From assembly GCF_036321535.1 (NCBI RefSeq), contig NC_087436.1:74340001-74400000 (forward strand): a stretch of 60,000 bases of DNA, read 5' to 3'. How positions within the stretch are numbered: position 1 is the first letter of the stretch; the number at the start of each line of letters is the position of its first letter. Origin of the DNA: Camelus dromedarius (lineage: Eukaryota). The notes under the pieces were generated by a model, which worked only from the letters and a program-made list of their open reading frames with translations, did no database searches and was not told where the DNA came from. Positions 38,910 through 51,850 of the stretch are shown one piece after another. Made by a program: the position numbers and the translations under genes.

Positions 38910-39452
38910 ACCTAAAGTCCGTCAACAGATGAATGGATAAAGAGGATATGGTACATATATATGAAGAAATATTACTCAGCCATAAAAAAGAATGAAATAA
39001 TGCTACTTGCACCAACGTGGATGGACCTAGAGATTATCATACTAAGTGAAGTGAGTCAGACAGAGAAAGATAAATATCATATGATATCACTTATATGTGG
39101 AATCTAAAAAAAAAAATGACACAAATGAACTTATTTACAGAACAGAAATAGACTCATAGACATGGAAAACAACCTATGGTTACCGAAGGGAAGGGGTGGG
39201 AGGGATAAATTAGGGATTTGGGATTAACAGATACACACTGCTGTATATAAAATAGATAAGCAACAAGGACCTACAGTGTAGCACAGGGAACTATATTCAG
39301 TATCTTATAATAGCCTATAACAGAAAAAAATCTGAAAAAGACTTTATATATATATATATATATATAGTATAACTGAATCACTTTGCTGTACACCTGAAAC
39401 ATTATAAATCAAGGATACTTTAATTTAAAAAAAATCAAATTTAAAAAAAGAA
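38910..39452 (+). mobile_element. L1 3' end (same family as 102-894) containing (TA)n
   Basis: gtccgtcaacagatgaatggataaag...ggacctagagattatcatactaagtgaag...gcacagggaactatattc, then an A-rich tail. TSD aggaaacatactttaa / aagaagcatactttaa. Confidence 0.92.
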
Positions 39453-42239
39453 AAGAAGCATACTTTAATCCCCTGCTAAGCTCATGGTGTTCAGTAAGTG
39501 TATCATGAAGACTCTCAACCCAAATCCATGACATGTTCATTCTAATAGACCTAATTTACAGAATATATTGGTATAATTGTTTCTCCTTTTCCTTTCTTTT
39601 TTTCTCGTGGGGGGTGGGTAAGACTAGAACCTTGTTACGATGGACTTTGTTGTCTGTGATAGCGTTGTGCACCTAGCAAATGACGGCAGGTAGGGTGTTA
39701 GTAAGTCGATTGAGAAACATGATATTGTATCCGGTAGTGCTGGTAGTCCGAGTGTATTTGATATTCGTACACATTCAGTTCACGTCCAGTTGATGACTGG
39801 CATGGTATATGATGTTAGTGGGCCCAGAAGAGCCCAAGCAAGTCTGTCATAACAGCTCATCAGAGAACAATATCAACAAAATATTGACTCCAACTCTTAG
39901 AATTTCTTATTTTCCAAGTTGTGGTTGTCACCTTCTCCATTTATCCAACCCTTCAGGGTTATCTAAATTCCCGCTCTACTACCAGGCCTTGCTAGCCAAT
40001 GTCAGACGTGAGCATTTTGGGGCTTATGCCAAAATCCTCGAGAGCCTAGATGGCCCCTTATAACTGGTTGACCTTCCTACCATCTGCTCTCCACTCACAA
40101 GGCTCTGGCTACCCTCTGTTCTGCTGCTTGGAAACCTCACCTTTATTCCTGCCTCAAGGCCTTTGCATTTCTTTGTTGCTTCTGTGCTAAACACTCTGCT
40201 CGCTGCTCTGCATGGTTGACTCTTTCTCATCATTTAGATCTGGTTCGAATGTTACCCTCTCAGAGAGACTGTCCCTGACCCAGACCAGGATCCTCAGTCA
40301 CACTCTCACATCACCCAGTACTGCTTCCTTCAGAGCCCTTCACAACTACATGAAAATATCCTGTTTCTTTGCTTACTTGCCTATTGTCTCCCTCCTCTGT
40401 CAACCTCACCTCGTTGTCATTTATACCGCTTGTTGCTCGGAGGTTAAGAGCACGGGCTCTGGTTTAAACATCAGCTCTGCTCCCCACTGCCCTTGTGACT
40501 GTGGACGAGTTGCTTAGTCTCTCGTGATGACCTCATTTTCTCCTTAATGGTCTTATAAAGATACAATGTAAAGGGTAAGTGAGAAAATACGTATATATCA
40601 AGGACCTAGAATGGTGCTTGGCACTCGGGAGGCACTGAAATGTTTTTTGAGTGAATGAGTAATACTGTGATGCTGTTGAATATTTCTTCTTGTATTTGAG
40701 ACTCCCCAACAAGATGATAAACTCCTTGAGGCCATCTGGGACCTCCCAGAGCTTCAGCTGTACTTCTGCAAAGTAGAAGGCACATTGTAGGTGATCAGTG
40801 AATACTGTTTGAAAGACCTGAACTGCTTTAGTGTAGATATCTCCAAAATATGCTTTGCATTCCTGAATCTCTCTCTGTTCCGGGCAAAATCATCTAAGAA
40901 GGACATCGTGTCACTTGCTAGTTCCAGTTTCATCAGCCTACCCATCCCACGCGACTGAGCTTCCTTGTTTGTGGTTAGGAATGCAACAAAAGGGCTTTGT
41001 TTGAATTACGCCCACACACAAAACTTAGTTTGCTTGATTTTAAAATTAAATGGTCTTCTGACTCTTCCTGATATGCTCATGATGTAATGTGCTTTAGGAA
41101 AATATTTCCTTATCCTCTTAAAGATCAAAGTGATCCTAAAATTTAAAAGCGTGCTGTGCTCTTTAGGAATGCTTAGTAAATTATTTGCATCATTGAAAAA
41201 GTCACTAAACAGCTGTTTGACTTTTTTGGTTATCTCAAGGTACAGTGAATTATATTTTTAAAATGGGAGGCTATTCTTAAAATACTTTGCTTTTTAATAG
41301 GTAACACATGTACATGGTACACAATTCAAAACTTACAAAAGGAAACACAGTGAAAAATAAGTTTTTCTCCCCAGAGGCAGGCACTGGTTCTAGTTTCTCA
41401 GGTGTTCTTCCCATTATATTCTTTACAGTAATAAACATAAGTGATTATGTAGGTCTTTTCCCCACATACTGCATGCACAGTTCCTGAATCTTAGTATCAC
41501 CCTTTAACCGTATATTTTGGAGATATTTCCATGTCTGTGTATAGAACTACTCATTTCTTTCAATGACCACATGAGTATTTCCTCACATAGAGGTACCACA
41601 TTGACTTAACTGATCTCCTGCTGATAAGCATTTAGGTTGCTTTTCAGACTTTTGAGGCATATATTTAAAAATCTTTTGCTAAACGTTGCCAAGGTGCTCC
41701 TGATTCAGGTTGTACTCATTTACACCCCTCTCCAGCAAGGTATGCGTGTTGGTGGGCTATATTTTAGTCGCCTTTTTCATTGTTCTTTTCCCTGATTTCA
41801 TCACTTAGCTGTACATACTGGAAGAATCTTACAAAACAAAGATTTATCTCTGAAACCTTCTCCTAGCATATGCTCTGCGTCCAAAAGAAAGGGGCATATT
41901 TTTCAGAACCTTATGATTTGTTTGTTTGTTTCAAAATCACCCTGTTCTTAATGTATTGCACCTGTGTGAAATCTGCCCACCCCAGGGCACATGGTTACCT
42001 CTCCAGGCTACTCCAGAGAAGCAGCTCCCCAAGCTGGGTTTCCTGTCTTGGCATTGCAGGTCTTGGGCACTTACTTTATCTTGCAGGAATTATTTCTTTA
42101 TGATTTCTGTATGATTTATTGATTTATGTAGGAATTATTTCTAAATGGTTTATCATTTACTATAGGATTACTTCATTTGGTCTCACTACCAGAATGTAAG
42201 TTCCGTAAGGGCAGAGACCACATCTTTGTTATTAAATCT

Positions 42240-44050
42240 TTTAAATATCTCTAATCAGTTCCAACTCTTCAGTCCCTATCCGCCATGCCCCTGGAGCCCC
42301 ACCTACATCAAGCCCCTCCCTTTTCCCTCTTTGTGGCTTCCTAATGAAAATAGAGGACAGTGGGTGTAACATCCTTTAACCATCCTCCCACCGCTTCCTT
42401 TCATACATAAGTATGAACATCTTACCTCCTCCTTTCTTCTCATCTCAGTGTAATTGGCTTGACTTCTGCATGTGGTCATGCCGTCCTCCTGTGCCCTAGA
42501 TAGAATGCCATCCTTTCCTACTTCCTCCCGAGTCTTAAGGAGTGTCAGCCTCTCTTCATCCTCTGCCTTCAGCTATGCATGCGTGCTTTCCCTGTCTCAT
42601 ACAGATTTGCTCACCCTTCTCATTATTTAAAACTAAACAGCAAGAACAGATCCTTTTTACTCCCTGGCCCCCTCAAGTCTTCTAGTTACCTCCCTCTTTC
42701 TCCCCTTTAGAACCAAGTTCTTGAAAAATTTCTCTGCCCTTGCTGTCTCCATTTTCTCTCTCATTTACCTTTTGGCCCATCATAATCAGGCCTCTGCCCC
42801 TGTCATTCCATTGCAAAGACTTCCCAGTCTTCAAATCCAGTGGCCATGCATCTGTCCACATCAGACTAGCCTCTCTGTAGCGGTTGGAATGGTTGACAGC
42901 TCCTCCTCCTCGTTCTCCCCCTAGGAGTCTGTAGAAGCCTCTCCTACTTCTCTGGACACTTCCTGTTAGACTCCCCCCGCCCACCCCCCCACTCCCCCAC
43001 CAAATTGTGATAGTTCTCGGAGACCCATCCTTAAAGCACTTTTTGTTGGGCTCCCTGTGCTCCTCCCCAAGCAGCTTGTCTTTTCTCAAGGGCCATGTGT
43101 TTTGTGACCCCTACATTTCTGTGTGCAGCCCAGACCCCAGTCCTGTAGACCCCACTGCCTCCCGTACACCCCCACTGACAAGCCCGCAGCACCTCACATT
43201 TGCATGCCCTGAGTGAGCCATCAGCTGCCCCGCTCCAGTTCCCTCCTCTTCCTCTCTCCACCCCCATCTCATAGTTCTTTACATAGGTTAATAATATTAC
43301 CATTCTCGTACAAGCTATAAACATAAAAGCCATCCTTCCACTTTGACTATACTCTGTCTACACCAGCTCCATCCAGGTAGTTACTAGGCTGAGCGTTCTG
43401 CCACCTTAGTGGCTCTTAGATCTCTCATCAACCTTAACTTCACGGTCATTGCCTTAGTGCCGGGCCTTTATTGTCTCTTACCCTGGGCAATACAATATCT
43501 TCCAGTCTTATCTCTCTCAAATTTATTCTCATTATTGGCAACAGCTTCCCGAAGCTCATATTTGAACATACCCCTCCTTGGCTAAGGTTCGTTGGTGGCT
43601 CCCAGTTCTACAGGGTGCTGTCCACACCCTCGGTGAGGGACATGAAGATCTGGACACCCCCCCCCACCCCGCCTCTTCACCGTCCTCTGCTGCATCATCT
43701 CTCCAGCCACTTGAGTTGCTTGTCCTTTTTCTTGTGCCTTTCCACACATTTGTCATGCTATTTCTTCTACCTGGATGTCCTTTTCCATTTCTTGCCCCTT
43801 CCATGTGGAGAAATCGTTCATGGTTTAGTTAAAAGTGAAACCCCCTGTTCTGAGTTCACCGAGCACCTTGTCCAGGTCTCTGTCACGGAGCCCATCGTGC
43901 CGTGTTCTAATGGTCCTCTACTTGGCTGTAGAATTACTGTACTGTGAATTATTTGGGTCTAATGATACTTTGTTCATCTTTGTATCACCAGGGCCAGCAC
44001 GGTGGCTGACATGTAGAAAATCTCTATGAATGTCCTTGAATGAATGGGAA
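42240..44050 (+). mobile_element. Degenerate L2 element(s)
   Basis: Pyrimidine-rich L2-like segments ending in an L2 3' terminus (gttcatctttgtatcacc...gaatgaatg). Confidence 0.55.
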
Positions 44051-45689
44051 GGAAATTGTAGAAAAGTCCAGATAGCTTACATTTAAAAGAAAGCCTTGCT
44101 CTTGTCTTCAAAGCACAAAGAGAAATTTTCTTCACCTTACCTAGATGAAAGTGCTCCATTTATCATCGTCGTACTCTGCACAGCCTCGTTTTACACTTCA
44201 GCGTCTGATTCAGAACTTTGCGCAGTGTCTGATCCTTCATGAGGGAGGTGTACCAACTGATTTTAAGACTGGGTCGCTGTGTTCTGCTACAGGGCACCCC
44301 CTCACTTCTTCCCACTGAGATTTCAGGCTGGAGGGCTTCTCTGGAATCCCTGAGGTTATTGGTAAACATTGTCTCATGCCTCAGCTCCTTGATGAGAAGA
44401 GGGACCTTCTCTTCTCTCTACAGAGCCTGTTGAATTTTCCAGCCCTGTCCATTTCCCTTGGGTGGGAAAAGCTGCTCAGCCCCGGGGTATTTAGCTGAGC
44501 ATGGACGGATACTGTTGGGGTATAAAGATGCCAAAGAGCCGTTCTCAGCATTACCATCCTCAGGTGCTGGGCTGCCTTCACTCTTCACCTGTGCCCGTTG
44601 CTTCCCGAGTCCTACCACTGAGAACTCTTCACTTGGCAGCCAGAACATGAGTGATGCTCAGAGCTGGGCCGCTCCACCACCAAGACAGTTTGCTTTTTCT
44701 CCTTAGGTATTTTGGACCCATTTGGGTCCAGAATGATACGTATATGAAATGTTTCCAGGTGCCTTATGCTAAAGAGACTTTATATTTTTTTCCATTAAGT
44801 TCTGGGGTTTTGCTGTATGATTAACCAGTAACATTTATTGAGTCTGAAGTCATATGTAGCTTGGTTTGAGCACTGACCCTGGGACTTAACAGACTATGTG
44901 ATTTGGCCTGTCCTTAAGGGGCTTGGAGCACTGGGAAGGATTTCTCATCACTGGATGGAACTGGGTGATAAGGTGGGAATCTAAGTCAGTGAGGAATTGG
45001 GGTTCAAGGGGGTAGCCTGGCTTCGAGGAACTGGTCGAAGAGGCATCAGCCTAGTTTCTGAGAAGCAGGGTGTGCAGGGTCAGAGTGGAGCTAGCAGCAA
45101 GAATGCCAAGCCACTCAGATCCTGAGCCGTGAACCCAGGGCTCCCTGAATGCCTCCCTGAGCAAGGATGGATTGAACTTACCGGAGGAGTGGGGCACCTG
45201 GGGCCTTCTGTGAGGATTAGAGAGGGATGGGAGCAGGAAGCCAGGCAAGTTGTCATCTGTTGGCTTCCGCAGTGGGCCTCTTAATTTCGCATCCTGCTGC
45301 ATCTCTCTGGCCCAGGGCAGTGCTGCTGTTCCCTTGAGTTCTGTCCTTGTACCCAGGTGGGCAAGGCTTGTTCCTCCTTGGCCTGTGTTTACTTCCCTGA
45401 CTAGAGGTCCCAGCCACTGCCCTGGCCTCACCAGAATGGCCAAGGTCCTTCAGGCTGTGACCACAGTAGGTCTCAGCACAGGTTCTGCCCTAATTCTTAA
45501 CTCTTGATACCTTACTGGGATGCTCAGAGCTGGGCCACTGCGCCACCAAGAGTTCCTGTCCATTCCCCTCCCCGCTTTCATTCATCCAGCCTCTTGCTCC
45601 CCTTTTCTGCCCTTCCTCTCAGAGCTCTCTAACGGGCTTACCTCGACTCCTTATCAATTCATTAATAATGAATGGTTGATGATAATTAT

Positions 45690-45900
45690 ACTTAACAGGT
45701 ATTGAGCTCTTACTGTGTGCTGGGTATATAATCTCATTTTTAATCTCACATAAACCCCTATGAGTAGGTTCTATTATAGTCTGCTGTTTACAGATGAGGA
45801 AACTCAGAGCAGTTAAGAAACTTAACTAAAATCCAAAAGCCAAGAAACCGGTAATGGGTATTAGGATTAGAATTTCTCTGACATTGGAGCTGGTACCTTT
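45690..45900 (-). mobile_element. MIR SINE
   Basis: tattgagctcttactgtgtgc...tttacagatgaggaaactcagagcagttaag. Confidence 0.75.
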
Positions 45901-47082
45901 AGCCACACATTCCAGCCTCTTTCCAACTCCAGAATTCGATCAAAAGAGATTTCAACTTTTCTCTCTTGGCCTGGCCTGTCTAGCAACCCAGACATTAGTC
46001 CACCTGCCTTTAGGTGCCTTTGATTCAGTATTTATTGACTGACGGCTGAAAATCTTGTTTGCCTCCAATGATCATTTGCTTCACACAAGACCATTTTCCC
46101 ATCACCATATCTGCTCTTCAGAAAATTGAAATATATGTATGTTTTGGAAATCATTCTCTCTTGGCAAGTCCTTCAGTGTCTCTCTTACACATTTTAAAAG
46201 TTATTTCAGATTAAAATGAGGTTAATCCAGCCTCTTTGGTTAATGTCTTCATTTTAGAAGCTTCGAGTTGGGGAGTGACCTACACAGGGTCGTAGAGCAA
46301 GTTAATAACGTCAGGGTAGGAACCCAAATCTCCTGACACCTGGGCTAATATTATTCTGATACACTTAACACTCTTCAAATTTTATTGGTTGGTGCTGGAT
46401 AGAAAAGGAATAGATATTTACAGCTTCACCTTCAGCAAATCAAGGTGGATTCCTGGATCTCATAAAAGTGCTTCTAAATTGCAGAAAGATTTCCTTACAT
46501 TCTTACCATTCAAAAGTTTTTAGCATAAAATGCTTGATCGCTTACCTCATTTTTTTTTTTTTTTTTTTTTTGCCAAAAATAAAGCATAGCCACTCTCTCC
46601 TGACCCTGACCTTCAATAGTAGTGTAATCCTCCTTACCAATTCCCCTTCAGGATTGCAGTTTGAAAGACACCCACTTTTCCCTTTGGCTTTGTCAGTTCT
46701 TTGTGTTCTAAGGGCAGAATGTTTAAAAATGAAGTCATTGAGTTGCAAAATGAGAAACTGTTTTGTAGAGTATCTTGTTTATGCTGTGCAGCCTGGAGCA
46801 GTGTTAATACCAAGGTAGCTGCTAATTTTTATGTAGTTCTTACCAAGATATTAAAATAATAGCATTTCCAGCATCAGGATATGACAGGACTTTAAAGTCC
46901 CCAGAAAGCTTTTAACCATATTTCCACCCGAAGTCCCTTGGGAGGTGGGCAAGAATTACTGCTCCCGTATTTATACATGGGTAAGTAGTGCAAAGAAAGA
47001 CCAAGGCAACTCCATGTGCTTTAAATAAAACATAAAATGTTAACATGTAGGAAAGCCTGGTGAAGGTCATGTGGGATTGTTT

Positions 47083-47858
47083 CCCATCTTTATTGAAATA
47101 TAATTAATATTTCAATCATTGTATAAGTTTAAGGTATTCAACATCTTGATCTGGTACATTTATAAATTGCAAAATGATTACCACCATAGTATTAGTTACC
47201 ACCTCCATCCAGTCACATAGTTACCACTTCTTTCTTTCTTTCTTTCTTTTTTTGCAGTGAGAACATTTAAAATCTATTCCCTTAGCAACATTCGAGTATG
47301 TATATGTACAGTATTATTAACTATAATCACTCTGTACATTAGATCCCTAGAACTTGTTAATCTTATAACTTGAAGTTTGTACCCTTTGACCAAAATCTCC
47401 CCATTCTCTCCAACCCCTGGTAACCACCCCTCTACTCTGTTTTTCTGGGTTGTTCTTTTTAGAGTCTTCATATAAGTGAAATTATGCAGTATTTGTCTTT
47501 CTCTACCTGGCTTCATTCACTTAGCATAATGCATCCAAGTTGTTGCAAATGACAGGATTTTTTTCTTCCCCATGACTGAATAATATTCCGTTGTATACAT
47601 AAGTCACATCTTCTTTATCTATTTATCCACTAATACTTAGGTTGTTTCCATATCTTAGCTATTGTGAGTAGTGCTACAGTGAACATAGGAAAGCAGATGT
47701 CTCTGTGAGATCCTTATTTCAGTGTCTTTGGATATATACCCAGAAGTGGGATTGCTGGATCATATTGGTAGTTCTATTTTTAATTTTTTAAAGGAAACTC
47801 CAGGCTGTTTTCCATAGTGGCTGCACCAATTTGCACTCTCACCAACAATGCACTAGGG
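47083..47858 (-). mobile_element. L1 (L1MA-like) 3' end, apparently nested in an older L1 fragment
   Basis: tttattgaaatataatt...cttagcataatg...atatatacccagaagtgggattgctggatc...ccaacaatgca. TSD-like atgtgggattgttt / atgcgggaattgttt. Confidence 0.88.
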
Positions 47859-48115
47859 CTTATGCGGGAATTGTTTAAACTAAGTTTGCAATATTTGTAT
47901 GTAACTGAAATCATGTTAAAATTAAAAGGAAAATGAAAATATTAATAAAGCAGAGAAGAACAATGATGAGTAAGGTCTACTTGCCAGTATTTACCTGATT
48001 GTTTTTGCTCTCTGAGGACATAGTAGTGTCTGCTTCCAAATACGTAAATCCGGTGGGCAAAGAGATGGGCTGAGAATGCTCCTAATGTGGGGGCCCCTCT
48101 CCTGTGTCTCCCCAG

Positions 48116-48247
48116 GCGCAGTGAACCTGTGGGCCGACCTCACTCCTGGCATTCAACCAAATTTGGAGACAGCCAACCCGATGCCAGCATGATGCAGATA
48201 TCTCAGGGCACGATTGGCACTCCTTGGCCCCAAAGCTACCATTCCAG
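48116..48247 (+). CDS. SHROOM3: SHROOM3 internal coding exon (canonical exon 4; RSEPVGRPHSWHSTKFGDSQPDASMMQISQGTIGTPWPQSYHS)
   Basis: Acceptor gtctccccag|, donor cag|gtaagt, 132 nt, phase 2-2. Carries the Shroom-family RPHSWH motif and is in frame with the flanking exons. Confidence 0.95.
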
Positions 48248-49659
48248 GTAAGTGGCCACACCTGAGGCCCAGGGGGTTCTTACTTTGAAATATCCTGTTC
48301 CCAGAAAAGATTGTTTTCTTAAACTCACGCCGAGTGTTAAATCTCTCTCCCCACCATCCTCATCTTCAAACCCCTAACATGTGTACGTGTCATCCTTGCA
48401 TCCTGGGCTAGAACTGGTGTAGAGGGAGGCCAGGATTATTACGAGCACTGACCGGCCATTTGAGATATTTATGGGGTCTGTCGAGTCTCGGTCAGACCCT
48501 TCTCACATACACATTATAACCTGTGCTAGAAAAACTGACGACTCCCTCCCTCAATGCTTCACGTCCTTCCTTCTATAGTCAGATATGTATCTGTTTTTTA
48601 TCCCAATGATTGTATTCAGTATTTGAACTCCCCCTTGGTTTTTCTCCCTCCGTTCAGGCCAGTTATCCAGTTTGGCTCCAACTGAAGCAGTTAACACACT
48701 GAGAACTGTTCAGCGTGTACGTCATCTCATGTGGTCCTTCATACATGCCTTTGAAACAGATACAGTGTTCTTAACCCTGTTTCACAGGACAGGAAGCAGA
48801 AGCTGGAGAGATGAGTTTGTCCAAGGTCAAGTGTCTGATCAGTAACCTAGTCAAGACTCACATCCAAGCCAGGTTTCAGCACCACTGCCCATAGCCACTG
48901 GCTATACTTCCTCTGTACTAGTTAAACTAGTTGTACATCCTCTGCTTTTCTAGTCACTCTATCAGTCAAGGTCTGTCAGGAAAAAGCAGGTTATGGGAGG
49001 AGAGATTTATTATAGTAATTAGAGCTTACACAGTTGAAGGGGACTGGGGAGAAGGGGGCCGAGCCTGATCACCCAGACATATTACAGAACTAAGTCAGGA
49101 AGCCCCTACACTTACTGCAGACTTGGAGCCATGCGAATTTGCATCCATCTTCTGATTCCAGGGAGGCAGGCTCTGCCACTCACCACTTTTTGAAAGTACT
49201 TGGATACGGGTGGTGGTAGGAAGGCTGGAGGCTCAGGGTAACGTGGGTCCTACGTGAATGAGATGTAGGTGCTGCTGCATATCAGGGAGCGGGGAGTTGG
49301 CTTCTGGAAGGATTACTTAACTAACAGATGGTGGCTATGCATTTGGCCAGGACTCAGAACCCCTAACACTCATGTCTGCCCAAATCAATGGCCAAATCCC
49401 AGATCTCTCAAGGGTGGGCATGGCGCCCAGCATATTACGATACTTCCCTGGCTGCCCTCCTTGTTACAGACACTCCTCTCCCTTGGCCCTCCCAGTAACC
49501 CTGAGAGAGTTTATTCTCACCATCTGAGCCATGTGTGCTCCGGGACCAGAGACCCTGGCAGGGCCCACACCACACAGGCAGAGAGCGTTTGCTCTGTGGG
49601 CGCGGAGGTGTTGAAGACCTTCAGAGAATTCGCTTTGGGAGCCTAACAGTGTGAAGGAA

Positions 49660-49890
49660 GCACGGCGTGATGGTGAGGTACTTGGGCTTCTAAGTCAGAC
49701 CTCGGGTTAAATCTCAGCTTCACCACCTACTGCATGAGCTTGAGCAAACCACTTAACCTCTTTGATCTTGATTTCCTTGTCTGTAAAATGAAATTAATAA
49801 TATATATCTCACTGGATCATAAGGAGGACTAAACAAAATAATGTGCAAAACATTCAGTGTAGTCCCTGGAATGTAGTAGACACTCAATAA
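49660..49890 (+). mobile_element. MIR SINE
   Basis: aagtcagacctcgggttaaatctcagcttccacc...ctttgagcaaaccacttaacctct...ctgtaaaatg. Confidence 0.8.
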
Positions 49891-51539
49891 TTATGAAAAC
49901 TTATTATAATAATTAGGCTGAAGACTTATCAGATGCACAGTGAAACCTAGTAATGAACTAGAGAAATGGCATAAACCGGCTCATATTTATAGAATGCAGG
50001 TGCATGTTAACAGAAGACCCCTACGCAGTGGGGCCCTTTGAAGCCTCCTAACCCCTCACCTTAGGAGGCCTGAAATCTGAAGTCATGCTGTGACCTAAAA
50101 AATATGCTAGTCCAAAGGCAGAAATAAGGCAACTGTAACCAGTGCTTAGAATAACTGCTTGCAGGAGCCCTGGTGAGCGCCAGGAGGCCCCGGGAGGACG
50201 GCGGAGGCGGACTCGGAACTGTGGTATCCTGAAGCTTCTCCACTCGCCGTTTCCTTCTCGGCCCAAGCTCCAGAGGGGTTTAGGCAGGTGGATCTTGTAC
50301 TGTACCTACCAGTCTGTCATCCAGTTCAAGCTTCAGAACAGCCTCCCTCTGACACAGTGACTGTCAGCACAAAAGCTCTGTAGAGGGTACAGAGGGAGAC
50401 TGGAGAGCTCAGAGCACCCAAAGTGACTGACGTGTGGATTCTCCTCGACGCTGGCACAAAGCACCCTGTGGTCTGTTCACTCCGTGCCTCGGGCTTCCAG
50501 CTCCAGCAGCTCAGAGCCTGCTTGGAGAGTCTGCCCTTGGCAACTGTAGATGGGGAAGCTCTGCTGGCACATTTCTGGGGAGCACAGTGGCAGCTAGTAG
50601 TCTGGGGGTTGGCATTCCTCTGACAGCCTTCATTTAGTTCCAGAAACCCCATCTCAGTCCTAAATGTGTGGATCTGTTTCTCATTAAAAAGCGGGAGGAG
50701 GAGGGAGCTCGAGGGGTGGGGAGAGGCAGGAGTGAGGAGAGAGGGACAGGTGTTCAGAGAGACTGAACACATGTAATTTTCACTGTCTGCAAGCTGGCTT
50801 GCATCTGGGATTTCACAGAAATTGTATTTCAGCCGCTTTCTGTCAGACCCTTGTCGCTGAGTTTTTGCTGTCCTACAGAGATCTCACAATGGTCCTCAAG
50901 TATTAAAGAAGAAACCTTAAAGTCATGTAGTCTAGTCCCCTCCTAAGAGGCTGAATTAACAGTATCAAAATTCTAAAGAACCAGTATGTGTTCATTGATT
51001 CTTTTCTTTGACAAATAGATGTGGAGTACCTACTATGTCTCAGATGATTTCTAGTTATTGAGGGTACAAGACTGAACAAGACATAAAAAGCCCCCACCCT
51101 GTAATATTTATTGTTTCCCCAGGTGGGGGGTTCTATAGAATAATAATCCATTAGATGTGCCTTAGAAAAAATTTCTAGGGTCATATACATTTAGAAAACT
51201 CTGCTTAGTATATTTTCCCTTAAAAACATCATGTGAACAATAGTTTATTAAGGACTCAGAAGTCTTAAAGTAACTACAGTTATTTAACTTATTTATCCCA
51301 GTGTCTTCCAAACATATTTGATCATCCAAGGAATTAATGTTTTGGGAATACACTTTAGGAAATGTTTTCATATACTTGCTTTGTGCTCTTTGCTGTATTT
51401 TAAGTATGTAGAAAATACTTTTAAACATAAAATAGAGTAACATTCTAAGGATGCTTGGCTCTACCACAGAATTAACATTTAGTTATATTTGCTTCAGATC
51501 TTAAACATTATAGATACAATGGAAGTCTCTTTCATACAA

Positions 51540-51850
51540 GCAGAGGGATGTGATGTAATATCAAGTAGCGGTAAGTGCTATGAGGTAATAAAGCAGAGTA
51601 ATAGGGAGTAAGGAGAGAGGAGGTACTTTTTAGATAGTGAGTTCCAGGAAGTCTTCTGTGATGCAGAGACTTGACTAGAGGAAAGGAGTGAGCCAGGTGA
51701 AGAGCATTCCTTGTGGTGGGAACAGCGAATACAGAGGCCCTGAGACCCTGACATGGGAATGTATCTCATGGGTTTGAGGGACTGTGAGTAGGCTGTCAGT
51801 GAGCAAGAAGGAGGGCAATAGAAAATGAGGTTGGAGAGGTCGCCACACAC
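51540..51850 (-). mobile_element. L2 fragment
   Basis: gtaagtgctatgag...aaggagtgagcca...gaagagcattcc...gggaacagc...aggccctgag. Confidence 0.7.
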
